A DNA stretch of 64,000 nt from Porticoccaceae bacterium (GCA_029246925.1 JAQWMF010000014.1:242-64241); one strand, 5' to 3'; counted from the stretch's first letter, positions 29,847-40,228 are shown. Numbers and translations: made by a program. Notes: generated from the sequence alone by a model not told the origin.

Positions 29847-30632
29847 ATGTATCGAGTTATTGTATTTATTTACTTTAGTCTAATTTCAGCGACATCGTAT
29901 TCTTGGTGGGAAAAAGAGCACCAAATAGTAGCCGTTATTGCAGAGGAAAATTTATCGCTGGAGGCTAAACAGCAAGTCAATAAATTACTCAAGGGAAGAA
30001 AGCTTTCTGATATAGCCAATTGGGCAGATACCATTAAGTCGCAATCAAAATGGTCGCATAGTAAGCGCTGGCACTATATGAATGTCGAACAGGGTGAGAC
30101 TGTTTCTGATTATGAGGTGCTAGTTGGAGGGGATATTTTATGGGCATTAGAGTATTTTTATGGACAGTTGAATGATCAAGATAAGCCTTTAGATCAAAGG
30201 CGAGAAGCATTGATGTTTTTTGTTCATTTGGTGGGTGATATTCATCAGCCATTGCATGTAGGTAAAGCAAGTGATGCAGGGGATAATCGAGAATCTGTTA
30301 AATGGAAAGATGATTCTCGTTTATTAAACTTGCATAAGGTCTGGGACGGGCTTCTAACTCGTTCTAGTCTTTCTCCACAGCAATATGCAAAAAAAATCAA
30401 TTACAGTTCGTTTAAAGAGAGGGCTATATGGGGGCAAGCATCGTTCGAAGATTGGGCGCAAGAATCTCTAGAACTGCATAAAAACGTGTATAAATTTGGG
30501 GTAAAAAATAAGGGTAAAAAGATCATAAAATTGGATGATACCTACCAAACTCAAAACAGGCCTATTGCAGAAAAGCGCATACTGCAAGCTGGTATACGTA
30601 TGGCGCATTATTTAAATTCAGCTTTCCAGTAA
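29847..30632 (+). CDS. S1/P1 nuclease, secreted
   Basis: Signal peptide then W..H; WAD, WHY, HLVGDIHQPLH, NLHKVWD. Confidence 0.9.
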   Translation: MYRVIVFIYFSLISATSYSWWEKEHQIVAVIAEENLSLEAKQQVNKLLKGRKLSDIANWADTIKSQSKWSHSKRWHYMNVEQGETVSDYEVLVGGDILWALEYFYGQLNDQDKPLDQRREALMFFVHLVGDIHQPLHVGKASDAGDNRESVKWKDDSRLLNLHKVWDGLLTRSSLSPQQYAKKINYSSFKERAIWGQASFEDWAQESLELHKNVYKFGVKNKGKKIIKLDDTYQTQNRPIAEKRILQAGIRMAHYLNSAFQ

Positions 30633-30934
30633 ACTCACAAGTTATAGCTTTGTTACCCGTAGGCCCTGATAGCGCTAATAACAAAATACAGTGTTCTAAA
30701 GCAAATTTTTTCCACAAATTAAAGTCCATTTCAACGCAAATAATTACCCTTTTGTCGCAGCTATTTTAAGCGCTTCTAGGGCGAGTCCCTGTTGTCGCAT
30801 ATCTGGCTATTTCGTCTCAAAAACAATGCCTTTACTAGCAGGACGTTGTACTTTATGTGCTTGATCTAGGCTGGCAAAAAATCCACAACGTTTCAGTCTG
30901 TAGTTTTATGTTTTAATTTAGGGGGTTTAACAAC

Positions 30935-33900
30935 ATGTTATTCAAGAAGAAAGTTCTTTCTAGCAGTGTAGCTCTAGCCTTAGTTGGCTCAACTATGCCT
31001 GCACTTGCTCAGGATGAAGGCCTTGAGATTGAAGAGGTTATTGTAGAAGGCGGTATCCGTGCTAGTCTTAAGAAGTCAATGGATATAAAACGTGACACGG
31101 CGGGTGTTGCTGATGCTATCTCTGCCGAAGATATGGGTAAATTCCCTGATACTAACCTTGCAGAAGCGTTGCAGCGTGTTACTGGTGTTTCTATTAACCG
31201 AGAGCGCGGCGAAGGTAGTAAGGTGACGGTTCGTGGCTTTGGTCCTGAATATAACATGGTAACGTTAAATGGTCGCCAGATGCCAACCCACAGCGGCACC
31301 AGCCGTGCTTATGACTTTGCAGATATAGCCTCAGAGGGTATTTCTGCTGTTGTTGTAAGTAAAACTGGTGATGCTGCTGCTCCATCGGGTGGTATTGGTT
31401 CATCCATTAATATCATAACTACAAAACCCCTAGAAGCTGGTACTGTGCGGTCACTTGGGTTGAAATCGGTGTTTGACACCTCTGTTTTAACCGGTGATAA
31501 AGCAACACCTGAAATTGCAGGTCTAATCTCAGAAACCTTTGCAGATGACACTATCGGTGTATCTCTTAGCTTCTCTGCTCAGGAGAGAAACAGTGCTGAG
31601 CGATCTGGCAGTGTAGGTGGTTGGAGAAGTAACTACGCTTCTGCAGTAGATGCTCGCTTAACCGTACCTGCTGATGACGAAGATGGTGAGCGTCATCTAA
31701 ATCGACCACAAATTGGTGACTATTTTGATTCTTCAGAATGTGACGTGGTTCTTGATAATTGTGAGTTAGAGTCGATCTCGATACTCCAAAGTATGGCCTA
31801 CAATCTTTCAGAGTACGAATCATCGCGTATCAATGGTCAGTTGACCATGCAGTGGAGACCTGTTGAATCTCTTACAGCCACTGTTGACTATACTCATTCG
31901 GAGTTGGATGTTGAGAAAAGCTACAATGATTTATCGGCTTGGTTTAATGGTCAGGGCGCTGTTGAGCAAACATCTGAATGGGAAGAAGGTGTACCTGTTT
32001 CGACGCCATTAATGTATCGAGAAGTTGGATCCAATAATGACTTTGCTATGGGGCTTGGTCGCAATGGCTTTATTAACGAAAATGATTCAGTTGGCTTAAA
32101 TTTAGAGTGGTATGCAAGTGATAGATTGCAACTAGGTTTAGATTATCATGAGTCTAAAGCTCGTTCTGGTGCTAATACCGATTATGGAACGAACTCGCTA
32201 ATAACCATGGCTAGCTTCAACCGAACTGTTTCAAAAGTATACTTTACTGAGGACTTCCCAATTCTAGAGCTTGGATTGGATCCTAATAACCCGATTACAG
32301 AGAGCGAAGCTGCAGATCCAGCCTATGAAGACCGTCCTCTTTATAAAGACGATATGATCATTACGGGTAGTGTATTTGGTAATGGTAAATCGCTGATGGA
32401 AATCAAACAGCTACGATTGAATGGTAGCTACGATTTCTCAGACATCACGACTATTGATTTTGGTATTGAAACGACTGAGGTGTCTAATAGCTCGGTTGGC
32501 AGTAATGTTCAGCGTGATACCTGGGGTGGTGTTTCACAGCCGGGTGATATCAGTGATGTATTGGTTCGTACCACCATGGAAAATAATTTTGACAATATAT
32601 CAGGTGGTGATAACTCACTTCGTCAGACTGAGTCTTTCTGGGCCCCATTTGATGATATTGTCAATGAAGCTCGTCAGTTAGATGCAGGAACTTGGACGCA
32701 TGAATCTCAAAAACAAGGTACATGTGATGTTCCAGAGATGGACGATGTTAAAAAGATCAATTGGTACTGTGCATCAACTGATTGGGATACAGATCTTCGT
32801 ACAACTGAAACGACAGATGCTGTTTATATGCAGCTAAGTGTTGATGAAGAGATTGCTGGCTTACCTGCAAGCTTGAGAGCTGGGTTGCGCTACGAAGAAA
32901 CTGAAGTCGAATCCACTGCTATGACCCCTAAATTCTTAAGAACAGAGTGGACTGGCGGTAATGAGTTCAATTTAGTTAAAGACGTTGATGAAGACGGAAT
33001 ACCTGTAATTGTATTCGTACCCCAGTATGGTGGTTATGAACTACTTTTACCTAACCTCGACATAAACGTTGAATTTACTGATGATATTGTGGGTAGAATT
33101 TCAACCAGTAAAACAGTCACTAGACCAAATTATCAAGCCATTAAAGGCGGTACAACGGTAGGTGGTACATCGTATAAGTACGGTGATATTAGTGCTAGTC
33201 GTGGTGCGCCAGACTTGGATCCGATTGAATCGATAAACCTTGATGTTTCATTTGAGTGGTATTATGACGATGCAAGCTATCTTTCAACCGGTTGGTTCAG
33301 AAAGAAGACTAAAAACTTTATTGGGACTACCAAGCAGCCAGGTGTCACCATTACTGATTGGCCTGGTCTGACCGATGTTTCTAATGGTGGTGCTTGGTCA
33401 AAAGCGGTTGCCGATGCTACGCTTACAGCTCAGAATACTGATCCAGATGCTGTTGTCCAGCCTAACGACTTTGAAGCTATTAAACCTGAATTGGTCAATA
33501 TGCCAACGCCAGAGGATCCATTGCAGTCTGTGAATGCAGATGATGTTGTAAATGATGACACTGGTTCATTGGTTGAAAACGGACCCTTAGAGTTCACCCT
33601 AAGTTACCCAGTCAACCAAAAAGCAGCCAATGTTTATGGTTGGGAATTTAATATTCAGCATAACTTTGGTGAAAGCGGTTTTGGTGTTATTGCTAACTAC
33701 ACGAAGGCATGGTCTGATCAAAGTTATGTTACCAATCCAACAACTGAAAAATGTATATCTGATGAAGTTGTTGCTGAGGGTGGGAAGTGCATGATTACTC
33801 AGTTTGCTTTGAGTGGTCTTAGTGATTCAGCCAACTTGATTGCGTTTTATGATAAGGACGGACTCAACGCTCGTATTGCTTACAACTGGCGTGATGATTT

Positions 33901-34165
33901 CTTTGCTGGAGACGGTCAAGGTCAGGGTGCTTTCTATGCGGATAATGGCGATCGAAGAATTGGTGAGAACCCAACCTTTGTTCAAGATTACGGTCAAATA
34001 GATATAAGTGCGAGCTATGAAATTAATGATAATCTAACAGTATTCTTAGATGGCATTAACGTTACCAACGAAAGTAATAGAAACTATGGTCGTACAGAGA
34101 GGCAAGTACTTCGTGCTGGCCAGACCGGAGCGCGTTATAACTTAGGTGTTCGCTATAACTTCTAA
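30935..34165 (+). CDS. TonB-dependent receptor (paralog of 6744-9785)
   Basis: Signal peptide, IEEVIVEG, ISAEDMGKFPDTNLAEALQRVTGV, C-terminal YNLGVRYNF. Confidence 0.95.
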   Translation: MLFKKKVLSSSVALALVGSTMPALAQDEGLEIEEVIVEGGIRASLKKSMDIKRDTAGVADAISAEDMGKFPDTNLAEALQRVTGVSINRERGEGSKVTVRGFGPEYNMVTLNGRQMPTHSGTSRAYDFADIASEGISAVVVSKTGDAAAPSGGIGSSINIITTKPLEAGTVRSLGLKSVFDTSVLTGDKATPEIAGLISETFADDTIGVSLSFSAQERNSAERSGSVGGWRSNYASAVDARLTVPADDEDGERHLNRPQIGDYFDSSECDVVLDNCELESISILQSMAYNLSEYESSRINGQLTMQWRPVESLTATVDYTHSELDVEKSYNDLSAWFNGQGAVEQTSEWEEGVPVSTPLMYREVGSNNDFAMGLGRNGFINENDSVGLNLEWYASDRLQLGLDYHESKARSGANTDYGTNSLITMASFNRTVSKVYFTEDFPILELGLDPNNPITESEAADPAYEDRPLYKDDMIITGSVFGNGKSLMEIKQLRLNGSYDFSDITTIDFGIETTEVSNSSVGSNVQRDTWGGVSQPGDISDVLVRTTMENNFDNISGGDNSLRQTESFWAPFDDIVNEARQLDAGTWTHESQKQGTCDVPEMDDVKKINWYCASTDWDTDLRTTETTDAVYMQLSVDEEIAGLPASLRAGLRYEETEVESTAMTPKFLRTEWTGGNEFNLVKDVDEDGIPVIVFVPQYGGYELLLPNLDINVEFTDDIVGRISTSKTVTRPNYQAIKGGTTVGGTSYKYGDISASRGAPDLDPIESINLDVSFEWYYDDASYLSTGWFRKKTKNFIGTTKQPGVTITDWPGLTDVSNGGAWSKAVADATLTAQNTDPDAVVQPNDFEAIKPELVNMPTPEDPLQSVNADDVVNDDTGSLVENGPLEFTLSYPVNQKAANVYGWEFNIQHNFGESGFGVIANYTKAWSDQSYVTNPTTEKCISDEVVAEGGKCMITQFALSGLSDSANLIAFYDKDGLNARIAYNWRDDFFAGDGQGQGAFYADNGDRRIGENPTFVQDYGQIDISASYEINDNLTVFLDGINVTNESNRNYGRTERQVLRAGQTGARYNLGVRYNF

Positions 34166-34196
34166 CAGAGTTATGGCTGTAGCCTAGTTTAAAGCC

Positions 34197-34230
34197 AAAG
34201 AAGCCGCTTATTTTAAGCGGCTTCTTTGTT
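34197..34230 (+). terminator. Rho-independent terminator after TBDR2
   Basis: aaagaagccgctta / taagcggcttcttt inverted repeat followed by T-rich sequence. Confidence 0.75.
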
Positions 34231-34329
34231 TCTAATGATAAGAACATTAGACACAGAAAGGCTGTAAATCTGTATACTAACCAGCAATATTTTTTAGCAG
34301 AGCTGCAAAAAGACACAAAATTATTTGAA

Positions 34330-35907
34330 ATGAAAAACACCATTAATCGAATTGTAATTGTTGGCGGTGGTACGGCTGGTTGGTTATCCGCTGGGATAAT
34401 CGCTGCCGAGCATTTTATGGGAGAAAAATCGTCTTCAAGCGATCACAATTTCCATCTAGTTTTGATTGAGTCGCCGGATATACCGACTATTGGTGTAGGT
34501 GAGGGTACCTGGCCCTCAATGCGCTCAACGCTTAAAAAGATAGGTATTTCGGAAACAGATTTCATTCGAGAATGTAGTGCTAGCTTTAAACAGGGTACCG
34601 AATTTCATAATTGGGTGCATGGAAAAGATGATACCTATACGCATCCTTTCACAGTACCGCATAACTTTAATGAAACAAACCTAGCGCCCCATTGGCAACA
34701 GCTTAGAGAAAAAGTGAATTTTGCCAATGCTGTGAATCCGCAAAGCGCATTGTTTGATAAGCAACTAGCACCCAAAAATATCGCTACTCCCGAGTATTCA
34801 TTTCACGTTAATTATGGCTATCATTTAGATGCAGGTAAATTTGCCAATCTTTTGCGACAACATTGTGTTGAGACATTGGGTGTAGAGCATATAAGCGCCA
34901 ATATGACGGCTATAAATTCGGTGGAAAACGGTGATATTTCATCAATTTCAACAGATACTCATGGCGATATTCAAGGTGATCTTTTTATTGATTGTAGTGG
35001 ATCAAAAGCATTGTTGCTTGGCGAGCATTATGGGGTACCACTGGTCAGTAAAAGTCAGTTTTTATTCAATAATTGCGCCCTAGCTACACAGATTCCCTAC
35101 CAAAATTCAGAAGACCCTATTCAGTCTGCCACGCTATCTACAGCACAGGCTGTCGGATGGATATGGGATATTGGTCTGCCAACAAGACGTGGAGTCGGTC
35201 ATATCTATTCCAGTGACTACACAACCGAAGAACGCGCGCGTAGCGAGTTGTTAAAATATATAGCCGCAACCGCAAGCGAGGATGCCGCCGCCAATGCAAC
35301 TATTCGCAAGATCACCTTTGATCCTGGGCATAGAGAAAAGTTCTGGCATAAAAATTGTGTGGCTATTGGAATGTCATCTGGATTTATTGAGCCCCTTGAA
35401 GCCTCTGCCTTGGTCTTAGTAGAGCTATCTGCTGCAATGATTGCTGAGCAATTACCTGCAAACCGAAAAATAATGGATTTAGTGGCAAAGCGTTTTAATG
35501 AAAAGTTCTTGTATCGCTGGGATCGTATCGTTGATTTTCTGAAGTTACACTATGTTTTAACTCAGCGTACAGATTCACAATATTGGATAGATAACTGTGA
35601 TCCATCATCGATTCCAGAAAGTCTTCAGGAGTTAATGGACATATGGCAGTATCAATCACCTTGGCATCGCGATAACTATCATGTTGATGAAATGTTCCCT
35701 TCAGCCAGTTTCCAATACATTCTTTACGGCATGGATTTTAAAACCCAGTTAGATCCCAGGTTTAAACGTACCGATCGTGAGGCAGCGGATAAAGCAATGG
35801 GTTTATTTATGGAAAATGCCAAGCGTACTGAACAGCTAGTCAGTTCAATGCCTACCAATAGAGAGTTAATCAATAAAATTTATAAATATGGATTTCAAAA
35901 AATCTAG
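34330..35907 (+). CDS. Flavin-dependent (tryptophan) halogenase family protein
   Basis: GGGTAG FAD motif, IGVGEGT, SFKQG (catalytic Lys position), WIWDIG variant of WxWxIP, FIEPLEAS. Confidence 0.9.
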   Translation: MKNTINRIVIVGGGTAGWLSAGIIAAEHFMGEKSSSSDHNFHLVLIESPDIPTIGVGEGTWPSMRSTLKKIGISETDFIRECSASFKQGTEFHNWVHGKDDTYTHPFTVPHNFNETNLAPHWQQLREKVNFANAVNPQSALFDKQLAPKNIATPEYSFHVNYGYHLDAGKFANLLRQHCVETLGVEHISANMTAINSVENGDISSISTDTHGDIQGDLFIDCSGSKALLLGEHYGVPLVSKSQFLFNNCALATQIPYQNSEDPIQSATLSTAQAVGWIWDIGLPTRRGVGHIYSSDYTTEERARSELLKYIAATASEDAAANATIRKITFDPGHREKFWHKNCVAIGMSSGFIEPLEASALVLVELSAAMIAEQLPANRKIMDLVAKRFNEKFLYRWDRIVDFLKLHYVLTQRTDSQYWIDNCDPSSIPESLQELMDIWQYQSPWHRDNYHVDEMFPSASFQYILYGMDFKTQLDPRFKRTDREAADKAMGLFMENAKRTEQLVSSMPTNRELINKIYKYGFQKI

Positions 35908-35943
35908 TTTTGAAGAAAAACGTGAAAGTCTTATGGAGAAAAA

Positions 35944-36660
35944 ATGAGTAACTACGTAGTTTTAAGTCCAGCGACACATAAAAACACCCATGTACTGACC
36001 GAGCGTGGAGAAGCGCAGGGTGACAGTATCCAGTATTCGTTAATCTACCCGTTGGAGTTTAGAAATATACAATCCTGCTATCCGATCTTCTTTTCAAAAA
36101 GTGCTGAAACTGGTGAATTCTTTCCCATAGCGTTGTTTGGGTTTGAAAATAACGAAAACCTTTTTCTAGATGAAAATGGTTGGAGTGCAGCCTATATACC
36201 CATGATGGTAGAGCGACAACCTTTTCTAATTGGCTATCAGGGTGCATCCGAAGACGATTTAAAGCCAATTGTTTCAATTGATATGGACAGTCCAAAAATG
36301 AGTGAGGACGAGGGTCAGGCTTTATTTGATAAGGATTCACAGCCCACAGAATTTCTTAAAGCAATGATGACTAAATTAGAATCGCTGCATCATGGCCATG
36401 AACATAACAAAGGTTTTATAACCGCATTAACAGCAGAAGATCTTCTAGAGCCATTTACCTTAGAAATTACCTTGGATAACGGTTCAACCAATCAGCTAAT
36501 GGGCTTCTACACAATTAACGAAAATAAATTACAAGAGCTTGATGGGTCTACTTTGGCAGATTTTAATAGCAAAGGATATCTTCAGCCAATTTATATGGCA
36601 GTGGCGTCATATGCTCGCATAAGAGCATTAATTGATAAGAAAAATGCCTTGACCAAATAG
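35944..36660 (+). CDS. SapC-family protein
   Basis: YPLEFRNIQSCYPIFF, ALFGFENNENLFL, YIPMMVERQPFLIG, LLEPFTL, GFYTINE. Confidence 0.85.
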   Translation: MSNYVVLSPATHKNTHVLTERGEAQGDSIQYSLIYPLEFRNIQSCYPIFFSKSAETGEFFPIALFGFENNENLFLDENGWSAAYIPMMVERQPFLIGYQGASEDDLKPIVSIDMDSPKMSEDEGQALFDKDSQPTEFLKAMMTKLESLHHGHEHNKGFITALTAEDLLEPFTLEITLDNGSTNQLMGFYTINENKLQELDGSTLADFNSKGYLQPIYMAVASYARIRALIDKKNALTK

Positions 36661-36680
36661 CGACAAATGAGGAAAAAAGC

Positions 36681-38171
36681 GTGTCAAATCAACCAGTAAA
36701 AAAGGTAGTAATCGTAGGTGGCGGAACTGCTGGCTGGATGGCTGCGGCCTCAATTTCAAAGTTGATTGGTAAAAATATAGATGTCAGTCTCATTGAGTCG
36801 GATGCTATAGGCACTGTAGGTGTAGGTGAAGCGACTATACCCACGATGATTACACTACATCGTCTATTAAAAATAGATGAACGTGATTTTATGAAAGCCG
36901 TTCAGGGTACTTTCAAACTAGGTATTTCGTTTGAAAACTGGAAAAATGTGAATGAAAACTATATTCACTCTTTTGGTTTTACCGGCAAGGATTGTTGGGC
37001 CGCGGGATTTCAGCATTTTTGGCTCAAAGGAAAGGAGCAGGGTATAAGTTCGGAATTTGGTGATTACTGCAGCGAACTTCAGGCAGCAAAACAGAATAAG
37101 TTTGCAGTGATACCGCAGAATGGTCTCAACTATGCTTTTCATATGGATGCAGGGTTATACGCAAAATATTTGCGAAAAATTGCAGAAATGAATGGCTGTA
37201 AACGCATAGAAGGCATGATTACCGAGGTGGTGACTGATACAAAGACCGGTAATATAAGTCATGTGAATTTAGAGTCTGGGCAAAAAATTGAGGGCGACCT
37301 TTTTATTGATTGTAGTGGTTTTATAGGGTTACTTATCGATAAGGCATTGCACACGGGCTATGACGATTGGTCTCACTACCTGCCCTGCGATAGTGCCGTG
37401 GCGGTTCAAACTAAGTCAGTTGCTGATCCCATTCCCTATACCAGATCTATAGCCAGAGAAGCTGGTTGGCAGTGGCAGATTCCGCTTCAGCATCGAGTGG
37501 GCAATGGGCTAGTTTTCTGTAGTAAGTATCTAACCGACGAGCAAGCAACCGAAACTCTGCTTAATAATATTGAGGGCGAGCCACTGACAAAGCCGCGTAT
37601 TATTAAATTCCGCACCGGTCAGCGTCGTAAACACTGGAATAAAAATTGTGTTGCTCTAGGTCTAGCCGCAGGGTTTTTAGAGCCCTTAGAATCCACCAGT
37701 ATTCATCTTATTCAGCGTGGGATTATTAGGTTGTTGCAGCTTTTTCCAACCCAGGGAATCAGCGAGACAGATGTAGCTGAGTTTAATACCCAGATGAGAG
37801 AAGAATTTTTAAATGTAAGAGACTTTATCGTACTGCATTATCATGTCACTGAACGAGATGACACGCCATTTTGGCGCCATTGTAAGAACATGAAAATTCC
37901 ACAAACCTTAAAGCATAGAATGGATTTATTTAAGGAGTCTGGTCGAATTTTTCAAAAAGACAATGATGTTTTTGCTGAAAACTCCTGGTCTCAAGTTATG
38001 TTAGGACAGGGCATAATGCCCGAAGAATATCACCCTATTGTTAACATGATGAGCGATAAAGAGCTAGAAGGCTTTCTTAATGGTATTAAGGGCTCAGTGG
38101 ATAATTTGGTGGATCAATTGCCTACTCATCAGCAATTTATTGATAGCTATTGTAAAGCGCCATTGATGTAA
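36681..38171 (+). CDS. Flavin-dependent (tryptophan) halogenase family protein
   Basis: GGGTAG, VGVGEATIP, TFKLG (catalytic Lys), WQWQIP, FLEPLESTS. Confidence 0.92.
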   Translation: MSNQPVKKVVIVGGGTAGWMAAASISKLIGKNIDVSLIESDAIGTVGVGEATIPTMITLHRLLKIDERDFMKAVQGTFKLGISFENWKNVNENYIHSFGFTGKDCWAAGFQHFWLKGKEQGISSEFGDYCSELQAAKQNKFAVIPQNGLNYAFHMDAGLYAKYLRKIAEMNGCKRIEGMITEVVTDTKTGNISHVNLESGQKIEGDLFIDCSGFIGLLIDKALHTGYDDWSHYLPCDSAVAVQTKSVADPIPYTRSIAREAGWQWQIPLQHRVGNGLVFCSKYLTDEQATETLLNNIEGEPLTKPRIIKFRTGQRRKHWNKNCVALGLAAGFLEPLESTSIHLIQRGIIRLLQLFPTQGISETDVAEFNTQMREEFLNVRDFIVLHYHVTERDDTPFWRHCKNMKIPQTLKHRMDLFKESGRIFQKDNDVFAENSWSQVMLGQGIMPEEYHPIVNMMSDKELEGFLNGIKGSVDNLVDQLPTHQQFIDSYCKAPLM

Positions 38172-38183
38172 TTTAATACCTGC

Positions 38184-39182
38184 TTATTTAAGTTTTTCAG
38201 CCAAGAAATTGCGAACTGTAGCTGCCTGTTGAGGGCTAAGTTCAGTTACTATATCCTTTAACTTAGGCGGCAAGTGTTCAGACGGGTCATCCATAGTCTT
38301 AAAGACATAGTAGTTAAAAAAATGTTGCCATGCCTCACGTTTTGTTTGATCTAAATTAGCAATGCTCATCATACTATGCAAGAGACTATCATTAGGTGAC
38401 AGATTATCTTGGCTATTACCTCCCCACCAATAATTCACTAAAATATTGAAAGTCTCTAACGACTTGACCCCGTGCCACCAAAGAGCAGGTATAAACACTG
38501 CGTCACCAGGTTCTAATGTAGCCTCAAAGCCTGCTTCAAGTGCATCCTTATATTTAGGGTAGCGCTTGAAATCGGGATTTTTCATATCCACCATGCTAAC
38601 GGGAACCCCAGCTGGTGCACTGAGAGTAGGGCCAGGGTATAGATTATTGACTTGTTCTGGTGGAAAAAGGGTGAATGTCCTTTTTCCAGCGACCACACAG
38701 GCCAAATTGTCATGAATATCATAGTGCGGAGCCACAGTGGCTTGATTACCTATCCACATAGTGGGTTCAGCCGAACTATCTAAAAGCGGCTGAGGATGTA
38801 GCGCCTTATACTCTGGTAGCACCTGCTTAAGCTGTATTGCTTGCAGTGCAATTGCATGGGGATCGGGTTGGTTTTGAATAGCCAGTAGGCGTTCCAGTCC
38901 GATAGTTAGAGTGACATCAGCGCGCTGAAAATTGATATCTGTTAAATCATCAGAGTAGAAAAACCGTCCATCGATCTCTGGTTTTCCGACTAACGCAGAA
39001 ATAACCACATTCTTATCAAAGGGTTTAAGGTACTCAACGACAGTTTTGGAAGACTTTTTTGCTGCCTGCACGGTCGGCCAGTCAGATACTACGGATCTAA
39101 TAATGGCGGGCTGATTTAAAGGAATTATTTCGTTGTGAAAGCGCTCATAATCCACATTGTCCCAGACTCGAATATCCTGCAA
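38184..39182 (-). CDS. Cupin_8 / JmjC-like Fe(II)/2-oxoglutarate oxygenase
   Basis: PHYDIHDN...WWHGV triad, GKRTFTLFPP, LEPGDAVFIP; TTG start; paralog of 10620-11633. Confidence 0.85.
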   Translation of the reverse strand: MQDIRVWDNVDYERFHNEIIPLNQPAIIRSVVSDWPTVQAAKKSSKTVVEYLKPFDKNVVISALVGKPEIDGRFFYSDDLTDINFQRADVTLTIGLERLLAIQNQPDPHAIALQAIQLKQVLPEYKALHPQPLLDSSAEPTMWIGNQATVAPHYDIHDNLACVVAGKRTFTLFPPEQVNNLYPGPTLSAPAGVPVSMVDMKNPDFKRYPKYKDALEAGFEATLEPGDAVFIPALWWHGVKSLETFNILVNYWWGGNSQDNLSPNDSLLHSMMSIANLDQTKREAWQHFFNYYVFKTMDDPSEHLPPKLKDIVTELSPQQAATVRNFLAEKLK

Positions 39183-39289
39183 AGCTTACACCCTATTACA
39201 TCCCCACTAAATGCAGGATTTTTTTATTGATTAAAAGTTGATTATCGCAGAAAAAAGTTCAGCTGGCACAGTAATACTGCACCTAAAAT

Positions 39290-40228
39290 TTATCGGCGAT
39301 TAGCTTTGGTTTTTCTTCTTCGTGCAGCCTTTTCTTCAAGGCGGCGTTTTTCAAGCTCTTCTTTTTCCGCTTTCATTACCGCCACCTGCTGCATTTCTTT
39401 ATCAATCACCTCTGGCGTTTCCAAAGTCATTGGGCCAAGTTTTCCATCTCTTAATTCATTGATAAAAATAGTTGAGGCACGCTCCAAATCAATTCGCTTA
39501 CCACCTCTTAAGCAGCCTCTCTGTGTGCCTATTATTTCTAATAGCTCAATTTCTGTCTTAGGTAGCTGTGATAAATTAAATCGATTTTTTAAATGATCTG
39601 GATACTGTTTTAGGCAAAATTCTGCGGCAAAAAATGCCACATCCTCATAACTCATGGCGGTATCTTTAATAGCGCCAGTAGTGGCTAATCTATAGCTACT
39701 ATTTGGGTGATCTATTTTTGGCCATAAGATACCCGGTGTATCTAAAAGCATAATCCCGTTGCGAAGATTAATACGCTGTTGTCCCTTAGTAATTGCCGGT
39801 TCATCACCTGTATTAGCGATATGTTTACCGGCTAAGCAATTAATGAGCGACGACTTACCCACATTGGGAATACCGGTGACCATAGCCAGAGTATTGCGTT
39901 CCGTTTTCTGGGGAAATAGTTTATTGATTAGATCGATAACCTGTCCGCTGGGGTCAGTATTAAGCAAATCCAAAGCCATTGATTTGGTATTATCTTGGCG
40001 CTCGAAATAAGCCTGCCACTGTTTGGTTATAGTGGGGTCGGCAAGGTCTAGTTTAGTCAATAACTTAATGCGAGGTTTTTCATTGCAGAGGGTTTGAATA
40101 AACGGATTAGAGCTACTGTAGGGAATACGCGCATCAAGCACCTCGATCACAAGATTAACCTGAGGCAATGCCTCGGTCATTTCCTTGCTGGCTTTGTGCA
40201 TATGGCCTGGATACCAATGTATAGGCAT
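39290..40228 (-). CDS. rbgA: Ribosome biogenesis GTPase RbgA/YlqF
   Basis: IHWYPGHM, DARIP, GIPNVGKSS, DTPGILWP. Confidence 0.95.
   Translation of the reverse strand: MPIHWYPGHMHKASKEMTEALPQVNLVIEVLDARIPYSSSNPFIQTLCNEKPRIKLLTKLDLADPTITKQWQAYFERQDNTKSMALDLLNTDPSGQVIDLINKLFPQKTERNTLAMVTGIPNVGKSSLINCLAGKHIANTGDEPAITKGQQRINLRNGIMLLDTPGILWPKIDHPNSSYRLATTGAIKDTAMSYEDVAFFAAEFCLKQYPDHLKNRFNLSQLPKTEIELLEIIGTQRGCLRGGKRIDLERASTIFINELRDGKLGPMTLETPEVIDKEMQQVAVMKAEKEELEKRRLEEKAARRRKTKANRR

Noticed and set aside
30665-30778. TAGCGCTA and AAGCGCTT palindromes upstream of TBDR2 (LacI-like cores)
   Set aside because: Only 8-bp cores without matching flanks, and no LacI gene in the window
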